Shown: positions 24,853 through 39,475 of the stretch, piece after piece
Layout: every line of letters starts with the position of its first letter
How positions within the stretch are numbered: position 1 is the stretch's first letter
Assembly (NCBI GenBank): GCA_965203295.1
Contig: CBDBCZ010000017.1
Location: forward strand, 256,001 to 320,000
Length of the DNA: 64,000 nucleotides
Origin: Nitrospirales bacterium
GTDB lineage: Bacteria > Nitrospirota > Nitrospiria > Nitrospirales > UBA8639
Direction of reading: 5' to 3'
Notes under the pieces: model-generated
What the model was told of the DNA's origin: nothing
The model's input: the letters and a program-made list of their open reading frames with translations, nothing else
The model's database searches: none
Translations under genes and position numbers: made by a program

Positions 24853-25075
24853 TAGTCTCGTGACCAAATCTAGACCATTGATTCAGAAACGGTGGTCTGG
24901 GATCATTTCTATGTCAAATTTGCTCTCAGACTGCCGTAATGAGATTTATTTATCCCTACGTACATGACGTCGACGTATTCTAATTCCTGCCACAGCTATG
25001 GATGCGGCAGGATAATTTGAAATAGCAATGATTCCAGACCACCGTTTTTTTTTGCGTGGTCTGGTCACAAGACTA
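24853..25075. mobile_element. TAG...CTA AcademH-like non-autonomous element; copies at ~27508-27619 (internally deleted) and 41341-41563
   Basis: GCATGGGGG|TAGTCTCGTGACCA...TGGTCACAAGACTA|(A/G)CATGGGGG, a 9-bp TSD. Empty paralogous site near 16520. Confidence 0.7.
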
Positions 25076-25439
25076 ACATGGGGGTTGGTGGACAGCTAGC
25101 TAACTGACAGAATGACTGAGTTGGGGAGATACCAATTCCGGAGAGGACATGTCCACAAGGAGGCACCGTGCAGATTCCTGATGACAACAGTACGTTAACC
25201 TTTTATTGTGCGGTACTGTAGTTTAGCTGCGATCTGGAAGAAGTTCAATATTACTGCTCAGTCTGAGAAGTATTCACAATAAAATTTCATCCTTCTGCCT
25301 ATTTTGCTTTGTTGGGTAAAATTGATAGCCCATTTTGCTTGCATAAGTGTTTATTCTTTTGGTTGCCTATTTTGCTCAAAATTCTTCTAGCAGATTGTGA
25401 TCCCTGACTATAGAAGTACAGTATTGCCTTGACATATAG

Positions 25440-26137
25440 TGGTCCTTGAATAATAAGGACACACAATACTACTGACTTGCAGGTGCTCTGCCTTTTTCCG
25501 AGTGTTGTATACATACATATGTGTTCAGCAGGAAGTCCTTGAATAATAAGGACATACAAGATCACTGACTTGCAGGTGCTCTGCTGCCCTCTTTCGAGTG
25601 TTGTATGTGTACAGCAGGATTACCTTGAATAATAAGGACATGCAACACTACTGGTCACTGCTGACTTGCCAGTGCTCTCGTTTCTTTTGAGTGTTACATG
25701 TGTACAGCAAGATTACCTTGAATAATAAGGACATGCAACACTACTGGTCTCTGCTGACTTGCCAGTGCTCTCGTTTCTTTTGAGTGTTACATGTGTACAG
25801 CAAGATTACCTTGAATAATAAGGACATGCAACACTACTGGTCTCTGCTGACTTGCCAGTGCTCTCGTTTCTTTTGAGTGTTACATGTGTACAGCAAGATT
25901 ACCTTGAATAATAAGGACATGCAACACTACTGGTCTCTGCTGACTTGCCAGTGCTCTCGTTTCTTTTGAGTGTTACATGTGTACAGCAAGATTACCTTGA
26001 ATAATAAGGACATGCAACACTACTGGTCACTGCTGACTTGCCAGTGCTCTGCCTTCTTTCGAGTGTTGCATGTGTACAGCAAGATTACCTTGAATAATAA
26101 GGACATGCAACACTTCTGGTCACTGCTGACTTGCCAG
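25440..26137. repeat. 93-bp tandem repeat (CCTTGAATAATAAGGAC core); related arrays at ~28010-28245 and ~41945-42550
   Basis: TACCTTG recurs at 25621, 25714, 25807 and onward with identical intervening sequence. Confidence 0.9.
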
Positions 26138-26139
26138 AG

Positions 26140-26755
26140 GATCTACAACCAATCACCATCAGAGGGACTCCATTGAGGCTGTGTCTAAGTTTAAGTACAT
26201 GTACCTTGGTTCAGTTGTGGAGGTGCAAGGAGAAGTGCTGAAGGCCGGACGCGGAGAGCAGGATTGCCAAAGCATCACTGTGCGGAGTCTGACCTATTAT
26301 CCAGAATAGCAGTCTGTCCCGGAGGAAAGTATATCGTGCTGTGATCCTGGGAGTATTACTATATGGGGCTGAGGCATGGGTGAATAAGAGAGTTGCCACA
26401 AGGAAACTGGAGTCCTTTATCAACAGGTGTCTTAGGTGCATCCTCGGCATCACCAAAGCACAGCAATGCATTGGTCGTATCACCAGTGCTGATGTCAGGA
26501 GGAGATTTGGAGTGGAGGAGATTCTCAAGGATGTGGTGGTGGCCACGTTGGCTGGGTCATGTTGCTCACATGGATGACTCTCGTTTGCCTAATAGGCTGT
26601 TGTTTGGCTGCCATGGCTACCACAGTGGGGACCTGCCCATGAAGCGATGGAGTAAGGAAAGACTTGAAGCATTTTGGAGTAGATGAAAACAGCTGGTTTC
26701 GTGTGGCGAAAGACAGAGGACAGTGGAGGGCTACATGCAAAGAGGGTCTCAAGGT
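26140..26755 (+). mobile_element. RTE-clade non-LTR retrotransposon 3' fragment (degenerate RT C-terminus)
   Basis: IEAVSKFKY.LGS, RIAKAS, VILGVLLYGAEAW, FINRCLRCILGI and RWLGHVAHMDDSRLP motifs, with frameshifts. Confidence 0.85.
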
Positions 26756-27009
26756 ACGTACTGAATATTCACTGCCAAAATGCTTACTTAAAGCAACGAA
26801 TGAAGCGGTTAGTACAGTTGCAGTGAGTACTGTACTAGCTCAGACTCAAATTGTTTATGCCCTACTTCAAACTCTTGTGTACCAACAATTGTGTTGTAGA
26901 GTAATTCTATTATTGTGTGCCTGCATGTTAAATATTGGTGTGCATCTCATGCATTAAAATTATTAAGGCTGTTTCTGCCTTACCCTTGTATACTTTTCTG
27001 AGAATCAAG

Positions 27010-27400
27010 TAACATGTGTGGTTTCTAGCAGGAAAAGCACAGGAAAAGGTATTCAACCCCTCAAGTTAATTACATGTGTGGTTTCTAGCATAGGAAAAGG
27101 TATTCAATTCCTCAAATTATGTGTGGTTTCTATAGGAGGAAAAGCACAGGAAAAGGTATTCAACCCCTCAAGTTACATGTGTGGTTTCTAGCATGATAGG
27201 AAAAGCACAGGAAAAGGTATTCAATCCCTCAAGTTAACTACATGTGTGGTTTCTATCATAAGAAAAGGTATTCAATTCCTCAAATTATGTGTGGTTTCTA
27301 TAGGAGGAAAAGCACAGGAAAAGGTATTCAACCCCACAAGTTACACGTGTGGTTTCTAGCATGATAGGAAAAGCAGAGGAAAAAGGTCTTCAAGTTACAT
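27010..27400. repeat. ~50-60 bp tandem repeat (ATGTGTGGTTTCTA..GGAAAAGGTATTCAA); second array at ~40320-40685
   Basis: Read directly from the sequence. Confidence 0.85.
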
Positions 27401-28356
27401 GTATCGTTTCTTGCTGGTTACTAGGCCACTGGAGCAGTGCAACCAGTGATGCTCCAGTCTTCTTCAGCTTGCTGTACCGCACTACCTGTGTCGCACTGTG
27501 CATGGGGGTAGTATCGTGACCAAATCTAGACCATTGATTCAGAAACGGTGGTCTGGGATCAGTCTATTTCAAATTTGTTCGCAGACTGCTGTTTTTTGCG
27601 TGGTCTGGTCACGAGACTAGCATGGGGGTGGGTGGACAGCTAGCTAACTGACAGAATGACTGAGTTGGGAGGATGCCAATTCCGGAGAGGACATGTCCAT
27701 AAGGAGGCACCATGCTGTTTCCTCACGATGACAGTGCGTTAACCTTTTATTGCGCGGTACTGTTACAGTATTTAGCTGCAATCTGAAAGCGCAGGAAGTT
27801 CATTATTACTGCTCAGTAGAAATATTCACAATAAAATTTCATCCTTCTGCCTATTTTGCTTTGTTGGGTAAAATTGATAGCCCAATTTGCTTGCATAATT
27901 GCTTATTTCTTTTGGTTGCCTATTTTGCTCAAAATTCTGCTAGCAAATTTTGTCAAGGCGTACTGGTGATCTCTGACTATAGAAGTACAGTATTGCCTTG
28001 ACATATAGTGGTCCTTGAATATTAAGGACATACAACATTACTGACTTGCAGGTGCTCTGCCTTTTTCCGAGTGTTGTATATTATGTGTACAGCAGGATTA
28101 CCTTGAATAATAAGGACACACAGGACCACTGACTTGCAGGAGTGTTGTATGTGTACAGCAGGATTACCTTGAATAATAAGAACGTGCAACACTACTGGTC
28201 ACTGCTGACTTTCCAGTGCTCTGGCTTCTTCAGAGTGTTGTATGTGCTGAGCGTTGGAATTATTTTTCTGAATTACTGGTAACAAGGGTAACCAAGTAAC
28301 TAGTACCTCCGGCATGTAATCCTATCTATAATGGTAGGGGAAAGTATTAGGAAAGG

Positions 28357-28702
<346 letters not shown>

Positions 28703-29142
28703 AACCAATAACCAAGCCTTAATTGAGCCACTACCGGAAACTACTTCTCAGACTCTGACTCCGGGTCTTGAATGGCTTCAGTATGCGCCAAGTATAATTA
28801 TATTAAACGAACTTGAAGAAACTGAAATAAACATTTGTGTGACTCTGCAAAGTATAATACGACTCTCACTCTTCCTAACCGGTAAGAGCAGTGTGTTAAT
28901 TTATTGTCATAATCAAGCTTTCTGAAAATAAATATCTTCATTCGTTTTGCTCTAGCGTATTTTTTGTATGAATTAGCTACTAGTACTGTTTCATCATGTA
29001 TAGACATAATTTGCCGAGAACCGCAAAAACGGCAGTTACAATTGTGAGAGTAAACATTTAAGGCTAAAGATTTAAATACAAACCTTTCTTTGAGAAAACA
29101 GAACAAAAATAAACAGTAATACATATTTTCTTACAGCGACAG

Positions 29143-31620
29143 AGAGTACACTGATGGCAGCAATACCAATGACGACTACTGGTGACATCCCCATCAAATA
29201 CATCAATAATACTGATACAACTGATTCTTCAGTAGTAGTGTTTACGAAGAACTTCTTTCATGATGCTCCTGAGACATACGTAGCCTGGGAAGTTATCTGC
29301 GTCCAAACTTCCTCTGAATTTGTATATCCTATAACAACTTCTGTTGGAGCATCATATCAGCTTGGAGATCAACACAACACGATGGGTCCCTTTGGTGCTG
29401 AGCTGGGATCAACCTGGGAAATTAATCAGGATGATCAAGCAACCGCTCCTCTTTTAAAGCCAGGTTTGTACGCATGCAGTGTGATCGATCGTCGGATGTG
29501 TCACTGGTACGGTACATGTATATTAGACTCCTGTACACATACATGTAGTTCCAATTGCAAGTTCCTGATACGATTAGCCCTTTGCGTGGGTGGAACAAAG
29601 GTACCGACAGGGCAATATATGCCGTGGAGCTTTGAGTACGCTCATATTGCCCTGCGGTTGGGGCAATATATATAGGTTATACGATGAAAGCGAGGGGTCT
29701 ACGGGGTTTATAGCCCCGCGGAAACCGCTATAGACACCCGCGCGCGAAGCGCAAGGGTGTCTATAGCGGTTTCCAAGGGGCTATAAACCCCGTAGACCCC
29801 GAGGGTTTATCGTGTAAGGTATTTATACTATAACCAATCAGATCCGTTTCGCGTTAGCAACAAAACTAGCTAGCAACAGATACTTATAGATATTAAAAAT
29901 TCAGAATGAGTGAGCTCTCAAGCTAGAGAAATGAAAGCCGCAAGCGGCAGCAGACTCTCGATACCGAACGATAATAATTATCACCGCCACTTAAATACTT
30001 ACCAGCCTAGGCTCGTCGTCCGACGCATCCCGCATCCACTCTAACATTTATTAACAGCTGGTCACTCAAGAGGTCCTTTGTGCTACCTGAAGTATCACGG
30101 TTGCTATGCTCTAAATTGGTTAGATATCTCGTCCAATGGGATCTACGCGATTTAGAAACGAAATGAAAGCCGCAAGCGGCAGCAGACTCTCGATACCGAA
30201 CGATAATAATTATCACCGCCACTTAAGTACTTACCAGCCTGGCTCGTCGCCCGACGCATCCCGTATCAAAAGTATACTGTTGTCTTATTTAATGCTCTAT
30301 TGCTACTGGTACATGTACATTCAGTATTATAAATGTAATTTCAGTTACAGGGGGTATAAGTTGAATCACAAGTAGTATAAGTCATTTAGACACCTGGAAG
30401 TGACCAATCAGAATGCAGTATTTCATTGCAGTATAGTATAAAGTAATTTATACCACATTACATCATCAACAATAAAAATGATTGGCTAAAAAGTGTGGGT
30501 TATATAGGTTCATAACCCACACTTTTGCTACGTTGCTACGCAGCGAAGATTGTACGCATGCGCAACGTGGTATAAGTGAGATAGACCACACCCACTCGTG
30601 TGTTATGCGCTATAACCCACTTGTTTGCATTTATCCCTCGGCTTCGCCTCGGGATAACCGCAAACTCGTGGGTTATATAGGCGCATAACCCACTCTTTTG
30701 CGTGGTCTATCCTATACATATATTGCCCTGTGGTCTAGGACTTACTCACTGCACGCGCACCATCCAGCACTGATTACATAACAGTGACAGCTGATTACAT
30801 AACAGTGACAGCTGATTACAACTTGCACACGCTCAGTGTTGTACTACCTCAAGCAGATAATTATATAGTTTTCATAAACAGTACACTCTATGGTAAAGAT
30901 TTCAATGCTATTGTTTACCTAGCATCAGATAACTATACCAGATATTCTGAAGAAATAGTCTAACAGCCATGCCACATGTATATATACCGTTCCACTTCAA
31001 ATCAGAACATGCAAGCATGCATATAGTCCCCATTTGTCATAATTTGGCCTTAACTGTACGTGTTGAAATTCCATTCCTCTCCACACAGTTCCAGAAAATT
31101 AATGTAGACCTCAAATAATGCATAACTAATGTTGGTCAATGGATTACATACCAGGCCAGCATCCCCTTTGCTCCCATAGAAGCTCATGTCTCCCATTATA
31201 GCTAGCAATGTATATCAGCACACAGAATCGAAATAGGTCATAATTTTCCTTGCAGTGGCTGCTGATCCCAATCCCAACAATACTATCGTGGTGAAGAATA
31301 CACCTCCTCTCGGTGGCACATGGACCGGTCGAATGTACGATGCTTCCCTCTACAAGAGTGGTAAGGTTTTGGTAACCCAGAAAGATGTGAACGTTGGCGG
31401 CCAAGCTAACTTAGAGCTGCAGCAGCCAATACTTTTCTTTGGAGTTGTTCGCAACCTGAACGTTGGAGACACATTTACATCTCTCGATATAACTGAAGCG
31501 CTTACAGAGTTTGACCTCAGCCAGTTCCCCAATGGCCTGATAGTGACCCTCACCCAGGAGCCAGTTGGAGGCCAGTACACGTTTACTGGAGGACAAATGC
31601 CAGCACCCGAAAAATGCTGA
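29143..31620 (+). CDS. Family gene B2: exon 29143-29463 (ATG 29154) and exon 31256-31620; presequence exon absent
   Basis: Acceptor CGACAG|, donor CCAG|GTTTGT, acceptor CCTTGCAG|. Phase 1, intact frame ending MPAPEKC*. Confidence 0.82.
29672..29825. repeat. Long hairpin element with a GCGAAGC tip in the B2 intron
   Basis: GGGGTCTACGGGGTTTATAGCCCC..GGAAACCGCTATAGACACCC pairs with GGGTGTCTATAGCGGTTTCC..GGGGCTATAAACCCCGTAGACCCC. Confidence 0.85.
29929..30263. repeat. ~100-bp direct repeat (29929-30030 and 30161-30263)
   Basis: AAATGAAAGCCGCAAGCGGCAGCAGACTCTCGATACCG... occurs twice. Confidence 0.85.
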
Positions 31621-32329
31621 AATGACCTGAAGATGGAAAAGATGTGAGCATCGTTTAAAGGCTTTTCTTTGAAACCCTGTAGCTAACTCAAACTACGTTT
31701 TTACTGACTTATTCTTTTTGTTAATGAGTTTGATTGTAAATTGAAACACAATAACTAAACTTGCTCATAATTGTGTTATGAGTTGGTCACCATGCAGTTA
31801 TTCCCTATACATGCTGTGGGCTAATGCATGTACCAGATCCATACACCCTAGGGTGTATGGTTGCAGGCAACTAAGGCTTCAGGATAGCTTATGTTATGAG
31901 TTAGCAGTGCCTTTAAATTGTATGGCTGCCGAGCTGCAATTAGCAGGAAAGGGTACATTTTCTATTCAGCTAATTTTTCACATCCTATACTTCGGAGCGA
32001 TTATAGGTCCGAATTTATTAACAACTATAATATAAACCTTGTGGATTAAAGCTGACATTAATGACAACTTGGTCAACTACTATAACAGTCACCATTTCAA
32101 ATCTCCTTTCAACACACAGAGCCACATACATAACAAAATTAATGGGCTTCAAATGGATAACAGTAGCTAGCTAGCTACCATTACAGTAATGTGAAGTTCT
32201 GGGTGAACTGGATTTATAATAACCATGCATGCTTGGATTTACCATTAGTATAGCTAAATATTTAGCTAGTAACCTCCATCCCTACATCTTTTGAAATTTT
32301 TTTGAAATTTTTTCATTTCCCTGATCATG

Positions 32330-33010
32330 AGATTGCCAAAGCATCACTAGCTGTGCAGAGTCTGACCTATTATCCAGAATAGCAGTCTGTCCCAGAGGAA
32401 AGTATATCGTGCTGTGATCCTAGGAGTATTACTATATAACAACAGGTGTCTTAAGTGAATGCAAAGCACAACAGTGCATTGGTCGTATCACCAATGTGAT
32501 GTCAGAAGGAGATTTGGAGAGGAGAAGATTCTCAAGGGTGTGATGATGGCAAGGGGCAACACTACTGGTCACTGCTGACTTGCCAGAGGATCTACAACCA
32601 ATCACCATCAGAGGGACTCCATTGAGGCTGTGTCTAAGTTTAAGTACATGTACCTTGGTTCAATTGTGGAGGTGCAAGGAGAGGTGCTGAAGGCCGGACG
32701 CGGAGAGCAGGATTGCCAAAGCATCACTGTGCAGAGTCTGACCTATTATCCAGAATAGCAGTCTGTCCCAGAGGAAAGTATATCGTGCTGTGATCCTGGG
32801 AGTATTACTATATGGGGCTGAGGCATGGGTGAATAAGAGAGTTGCCACAAGGAAGCTGGGGTCCTTTATCAACAGGTGTCTTAGGTGAATGCAAAGCACA
32901 ACAGTGCATTGGTCGTATCACCAATGTGATGTCAGAAGGAGATTTGGAGAGGAGAAGATTCTCAAGGATGTGGTGATGGCAAGGGGCTACGTTGGCTGGG
33001 TCATGTTGGC
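32330..33010 (+). mobile_element. Duplicated RTE LINE fragments (another copy at ~42550-42920)
   Basis: Near-identical to 26140-26570, with deletions. Confidence 0.8.
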
Positions 33011-33942
33011 ATGCTTGCATGGATACAAAATTAAGCTAAAGCCTTCTGGAGAGGACATGTCCATAAGGAGGCACCATACATTAAATTTTCGCATATATAG
33101 GAATGATGCCGATTGGGCTGGTAAGGGTGCCTGCATGGTGATAGCTCATGATCATTAGTGTGGAAGGGGCCAAAAATTTGTTGACCCGCCTCAGTTTCCA
33201 TTTTGAGGCACTTTTAAACATGACTGAATGCTCTGATGCTGAAACCATATTACTTTGTGTCTCAAAATGCTTAAAATAGTCACCACCACCACTTTGTCAA
33301 TCAATGTGACTACTAGCTATGTTATAGTAGCTTATTAGCTAACTATACATACACGGTGATGAAGACAGAAAATTACAATAGCTGGGAACTATTATAGCTA
33401 ATAATTTGAAAATCTCCATCAAATTAATTTATGTTAGTGACTAAAGCAGAATGAAATATTGGTGGCATTGCATCACTCTCCCTTAGATTGACCACTTACT
33501 AGGTGATGAGTGGGTTAATTAATTAAATGACGTTGCCAGGACGTTTTACCAAATTGCAAGCTTAGGTTCTTAAATTGGCTGTAAGTATCTACCTAGCTAG
33601 CTAGCTCCGGCCATGGGCAAACTGATTATCTATGGACTACATGTAGCAACTACCAAACTCAATCTAGCTAACAGTAGTGAAATTTCTGGTGCAGCACTAT
33701 TATCCATTGGGAAGTAAATTATTCCCAAACTTCACGACGACTCAGGCCATATATAGTGCTATACCAAAAGATTAATTTGTAACGTATATTTTCACTTGTA
33801 ATGTTCGAAAAACGGCAATTTTATCTTGGCTACACCCACCTGTCTTGTAAAAGTGTATTTCCACTCAGGCCTTCAACATCGATCACTCACGAAATGTATC
33901 TCACATTTCAACAAACACACAATTAAACCTAAAGTCTCCAGC

Positions 33943-34030
<88 letters not shown>

Positions 34031-34688
34031 TAAGCCACTACCGGAAACTACATCTCGGACTCTGACCCCGGATCTGGAATGGCTTCCGTATGATATTACG
34101 CAAAATAAACTTGAAGAAAAAATAAACACTTGCGTGACTCTGCAAAGTATAATACTACTCTCACTCTTCCAGACCGGTAAGAGCAGTGTATTAGTTATTA
34201 TTGTCATAATCAAGCTTTCTGAAAGTTAATGTCTTCATTCGTTTTGCTCTAGAGTATTTTTTTTGAATTACTGTTTCATCGTGTATAGACATTGCTGAGA
34301 ACCGCAAAGACAGCTATTTCATCTGTGGGAACGGAAACATTTAAGGTTCTCGACTCAGTAAGTAGCCGCGTTTAATACTTAGAAAATTGGATATACTGCA
34401 CGCCGAGCTACAGTGGATTAGCTATCTCGTTCCCAGGCTCTTCTGCCCAGTTTTATTTCGCACGGTCTGACCGCGTGCGTGCGAAGCGGCGAAAAAAAGC
34501 TGGGCAGAGGAGGCTGCAAACGAGGCTAATCTACAGCGCATGTATGCATAAATTGCGCAATATACTTAGTACAATCATAACAACGCGCTGTGTGTAGGGT
34601 TATTTTACAGCTCTTCCGTCCGACACTATTCAGAACGCGAAAGGTTACCTTCACTGGAGCTCAAGCTTTAACACATGCACTAGGCGCG

Positions 34689-36270
34689 ATGTTGGCTCTC
34701 CGTGTGTTAGCAGCTGCCCCCCGGGCTGCAAGAATGTGCGGGGCCCCCCAGAGGCTGTTCACCCGCAAGTTCAGCCCCCTGGCAAGCCGTTGGTACAACA
34801 AACAGCCGGAGAAGAGTCCGATGATCACTAAGAGGATGAGCTCACAGTCAGGTCAGTGCATGACTGTATATTATGATTATTCTCACTTCTAAATTATAAT
34901 TCACAACTTACTTTTTTCTGCCTTTTTAAAAAAATATCCGATATTAGCTAATTGTTAAAAAAAGGCAAAAAAAAAAAGTAAAAAAAGATTTTAAGTAAGA
35001 ATTATTGGTAGAACTCCTGTTACCATAAGACCCTTATTGTATGCATGTCCGGATGCACATATATAATAAAACCACGCACTGTGTTGGCATGCATGCATGG
35101 ATTACTTTGCCTTTTAATATCTGTTGGTCAAGGACCATTCAAGTCTAATTAGTAAATGCATAATATACCTTTCATTGAAAACCAAAACAAACTTAACAGT
35201 CAGAATATCTTTTCTTACAATGACAGAGAGTACACTGATGCCAGCAATACCAACGTCGACGACTGACATCGCCATCAAATATATCAACGATACTGGTTCT
35301 ACTGATTTTTCAGTAGTAGTGTTCACGAAGAACTTCAGTGTTGATACTCCTGAGGTATACTTTGCAGCCTGGGAAGTTATCCGCGTCCAATCTTCCTCTG
35401 AATTTATATACCCTATATCAACATCTATTGGAGCAAGTTATCTGCTTGGTTATCAGTTCAACACGATGGGACCCTTTGGTGCTGTGCTGGGATCAACCTG
35501 GGAAATTAATCAGGATAATAAGGCGAACACTCCGGTTTTAAGTCCAGGTTTGTATACGCATGCAGTGTGATCGATCGTTGGATGTGCCCAAGAGCTTGCC
35601 TACGTACATAAAGTTTATAATGCCACATGTTTATAATAGCTTCATAGTTAGCTATTTATTGCTATATATTTGTCATTATTTGCCCTTAGCTTTTGGATTT
35701 CTGTGCTTGCATGCAAGTCCAACTTCCCTCTCAACACAGTCCCTGAAATATAGACCTTGAGCTCGAATTATCCATGGCTAATTGGCCAGTGGCTTGTATA
35801 CCAGGCCAGCATCACCTTTGCTCTCCCATAGAAGCTCAATAATGACATGTCTCCCATTATTATAATAGCTAGTAATGTATATAATCAGCACGTTGAAGTA
35901 GGTCATGGTTTTCCTTGCAGTGACTGCTCTTCCCAATCCCAACAATACCATCGTGGTGAAGAATACACCTCCTCTCGGTGGTACATGGAGTGGTCGAACG
36001 TACGATGTCTCTCTGTACAAGAGTGGTAAACTGTTGGTGACCCAGAGAGATGTGCACGTTGGCAGCCAAGCTGACATAGAGCTGCAACCGAAACTTTTCT
36101 TTGGAGTTGTTAGCAATCTTCACATTGGAGAAGTATTTACATCTCTCAACATAACCGAAGCGCTTACAGAGTTTGACCTCAGCCAGTTCCCCAATGGCCT
36201 GATGGTGACCCTCACCCAGGAGCCAGTTGGAGGCCAGTACACGTTTACTGGAGGACAAATGCCAGCTTAA
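34689..36270 (+). CDS. Family gene B3: exons 34689-34851, 35227-35547, 35921-36270; 277 aa with a predicted mitochondrial presequence
   Basis: 163+321+350 nt = 278 codons. Donor TCAG|GTCAGT and acceptor TGACAG|AG are both phase 1. N-terminus MLALRVLAAAPRAARMCGAPQRLFTRKFSPLASRWY. Confidence 0.85.
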
Positions 36271-36489
36271 AATGACCCAAATATTGAAGATGTGCGCATT
36301 GTTTAATTCTTTGAAACCCTTTAGGTCGTAGCTAGTTTATTTAGTGACTTTTAATTTTTCTGTTTTTTAATGAGTTTGATTTTAGATTGAAACACATGCA
36401 ATTATAGCTATAATTGCTTGTTTATAATAATTATGTTATGAGTTGGCTACTCATGCAGCTGCTTCCTCCTTTCTGTAGGTAGCTACCAG

Positions 36490-36823
36490 CTGTTTCCTCC
36501 ATGCCTTGGGCTAATACTAGCTGTTTCCTCTACACTGTGGGCACCCCATTCCTTCATGCCTTGGGCTAATACTAGCTGTTTCCTCTACACTGTGGGCACC
36601 CCATTCCTCCATGCCTTGGGCTAATACTAGCTGTTTCCTCTACACTGTGGGCACCCCATTCCTCCATGCCTTGGGCTAATACTAGCTGTTTCCTCTACAC
36701 TGTGGGCACCCCATTCCTCCATGCCTTGGGCTAATACTAGCTGTTTCCTCTACACTGTGGGCACCCCATTCCTCCATGCCTTGGGCTAATACTAGCTGTT
36801 TCCTCTACACTGTGGGCACCCCA
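36490..36823. repeat. 55-bp tandem repeat, 6 copies (duplicate array at ~46480-46816)
   Basis: ATGCCTTGGG at 36501, 36556, 36611, 36666, 36721 and 36776. Confidence 0.95.
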
Positions 36824-38049
36824 TATAGCTGACTAATGCACCTCTAGTTGTATCAGCCTAGCAGTGTGTGTGTGCATGTGGTTGCCAGGCAATTAATTAG
36901 GACTTTAGCGTAGCAAAGCTAACAGCTGTTTGTAATTTCACCTGTATATGGGTGGGTTACTATATAAGGTATATTATGTGCTCTGGCACAGTACATACTG
37001 TGGTACAATGAATCAGGTGATTTCTTACATCTTACTTCAGGGCATCCAGATCGTGTAATTATAGATCCAAATCTATTATCAACAACTATTAATTAACCCT
37101 ACACATTACCTAATGACAGTCTGGTCAACTACAGTCACCATTTCAAATCTCCTTTCAATATTCAGAGCCACATACCAAAACAAATGGGCTTGAAATGGGC
37201 AAAGTAGCTAGCTGCCAAAGTAATGTGAGAGTTGGGAGAACTGCATGGACTTTATATAGCTAAAGATTTACGTACCATTAGTATAGCTTATATTATATTA
37301 TAATTATGTTTAGTAACATTCATCTTGCTGACACAGTAAGCTGGCTACCTAGCTACACCATGCATCCTGATCACCATGGATCGACCAGGTTACTTCCTAG
37401 TATCCCAAATTAATGTTTGCTTCAAAAATCTCATCATGGCGCCACTGTACGACAAAAAAAAAAAGACGGAAAAAAAATTTGGCTTGGGGTGAGGCACTAG
37501 CGCACTACGCGCACACCGGAAACTACATGTCGGACCCCGAATGTTTCCGGTACTGGCATATTTAAAGTAACACGAAAACGCTGCGCCAGCAGAGTGTTAT
37601 TCGGTGCGACTATTACTCGTACGGTAAGAAAAGAACGTTCTTTCTGAAAGAAACTTTCGGCGCTGCATTCCTTCAGTGAATGCACGCTGTAACTTCCACT
37701 GGTGTGACTGTAAAATTTATCAAAATTGTTTTCACCTTGTAGCTAAACAGACATCGCCGAAAACTGCAAGGACAGCGATTGCAACTGATTCCTGAAAAGA
37801 AACTCTCAGTAAGTAGCCGTTACTTTAATTTTTTAAAAAAATTGAATACGTGTAACTTTACAGTTACTGTAACTGTTTTTTTATTATTAAATTTTCCTGA
37901 ACTTCACTTTAACATTTTGGCGAGTTTAATACTATTAGACCCTTACAATTAATTGTCAGACTGGGTTCATGCATTCGCAACTATATACGGTTCTTTCAAT
38001 AGTTACTGTATCTTATGACACACACAGAACCCGAAAGGTCACAGGCGCG

Positions 38050-39475
38050 ATGTTGGCTCTCCGTGTGTTAGTATCCGCCCCTCGGGCTGCAAGAATGTGC
38101 GGGGTTCCTCAGAGGCAGTTCACCCGCAAGTTCAGCCCCCTGGCAAGCCGTTGGTACAACAAACAGCCGGGGAAGAGTCCGATGATCCCTAAAAGCATGA
38201 GCTCAGGTCAGTGACTGCGCGTTTATTGTATATCTATCGAGTGGAGCTCTTATATTAATAAACTATAATAGTACTGCATAAAAACGTGTATAATAGAGAA
38301 TTAATCTACAAGAGGTAGGTGTTATTATAATAAATACTGAAGGTATGGCACTTCCATGATGCCTGGCACTTCACATGCATGCAGGCACTGACATACAGCA
38401 TTTGCATGATATATATACTGCAGCAATTGTCAGGACTACATGATTGTAAAATTACAAGTAAGTGTATCCTGACGTTTTTGACACACTCATGGCCTTTAAA
38501 CTGACCACCAAGCATTCAAACACGATTTTCCTTTGTTACTATGTACTACATGGATTGATGTATATATGTGTTTTCTTACATTAACAGCTAAAACACTGTC
38601 GGCGGCTATGTCATCGGCTGTTACTAACATCGAAATCATGTACGTCAATAATACTGGTTCTACTGATTTCGCGACAGTGGTGTTCACAAAGAACTTCAAC
38701 GTCAACACTCCTGAGGTAGTCTATGCAGCCTGGGAAGTCATTCGTGTCCAAACTTCCTCCAAATTTGTATACCCTATATCAACATCTATTGGAGCAACTT
38801 ATCAACTTCGTGATCAACACAACACGATGGGACCCTTTGGTGCTGTGCTGGGATCAACCTGGGAAATTAATCAGGATAATAAAGCAACCACTCCGGTTTT
38901 ACAGTCAGGTTTGTGTACAGCGTGATGTGTTACTACATTAATTACCTATTACCCAATTAGAATAATAAGCACTTCCAAGGTTTTCTTTTCTTGACTATAA
39001 GTTAGTAACTACAATTGGTTCACATAATACCATTCCAGAATACATAGGAGTGCATTGATAAATAGCTAAATGCCTGACACTGTATGATCGTACCAAATGA
39101 GGTAATGTTCTTCCTTGAATTGCAGTGAATGCTGTTCCCAATCCCAACAATACTATTGTGGTGAAGAACGTACCTCCTCGGGGTGGTACATGGACCGGTC
39201 GAATGTATGATGTCTCTCTGTACAAGAGTGGTAAGCTGTTGGTGACCCAGAAAGATGTGCACGTTGGCAGCCAAGCTGACATAGAGCTGCAGCCAAAAGT
39301 TTTCTTTGGAGTGGTTCGCAACATACAAGTTGGAGACGTATTTAAATCTCTCGACATAACCGAAGGGCTTACCCAGTTTGACCTCAGCCAGTTTCCTGGT
39401 GGCCTAAAGGTGACCCTTGACCAGGAGGCAGTTGGAGGCCAGTACACGTTTACTGGAGGACAACTCCCAGCTTAA
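38050..39475 (+). CDS. Family gene B4: exons 38050-38206, 38588-38908, 39126-39475; 275 aa with a predicted mitochondrial presequence
   Basis: 157+321+350 nt = 276 codons. Donor TCAG|GTCAGT, acceptor TTAACAG|CT. N-terminus MLALRVLVSAPRAARMCGVPQRQFTRKFSPLASRWY. Confidence 0.85.

Noticed and set aside
25440..26137. Regularly spaced repeats resembling a CRISPR array (also 27010-27400, 36490-36823 and 11905-13520)
   Set aside because: The intervening sequences are themselves repeated, so there are no unique spacers. There are no cas genes and the context is eukaryotic.
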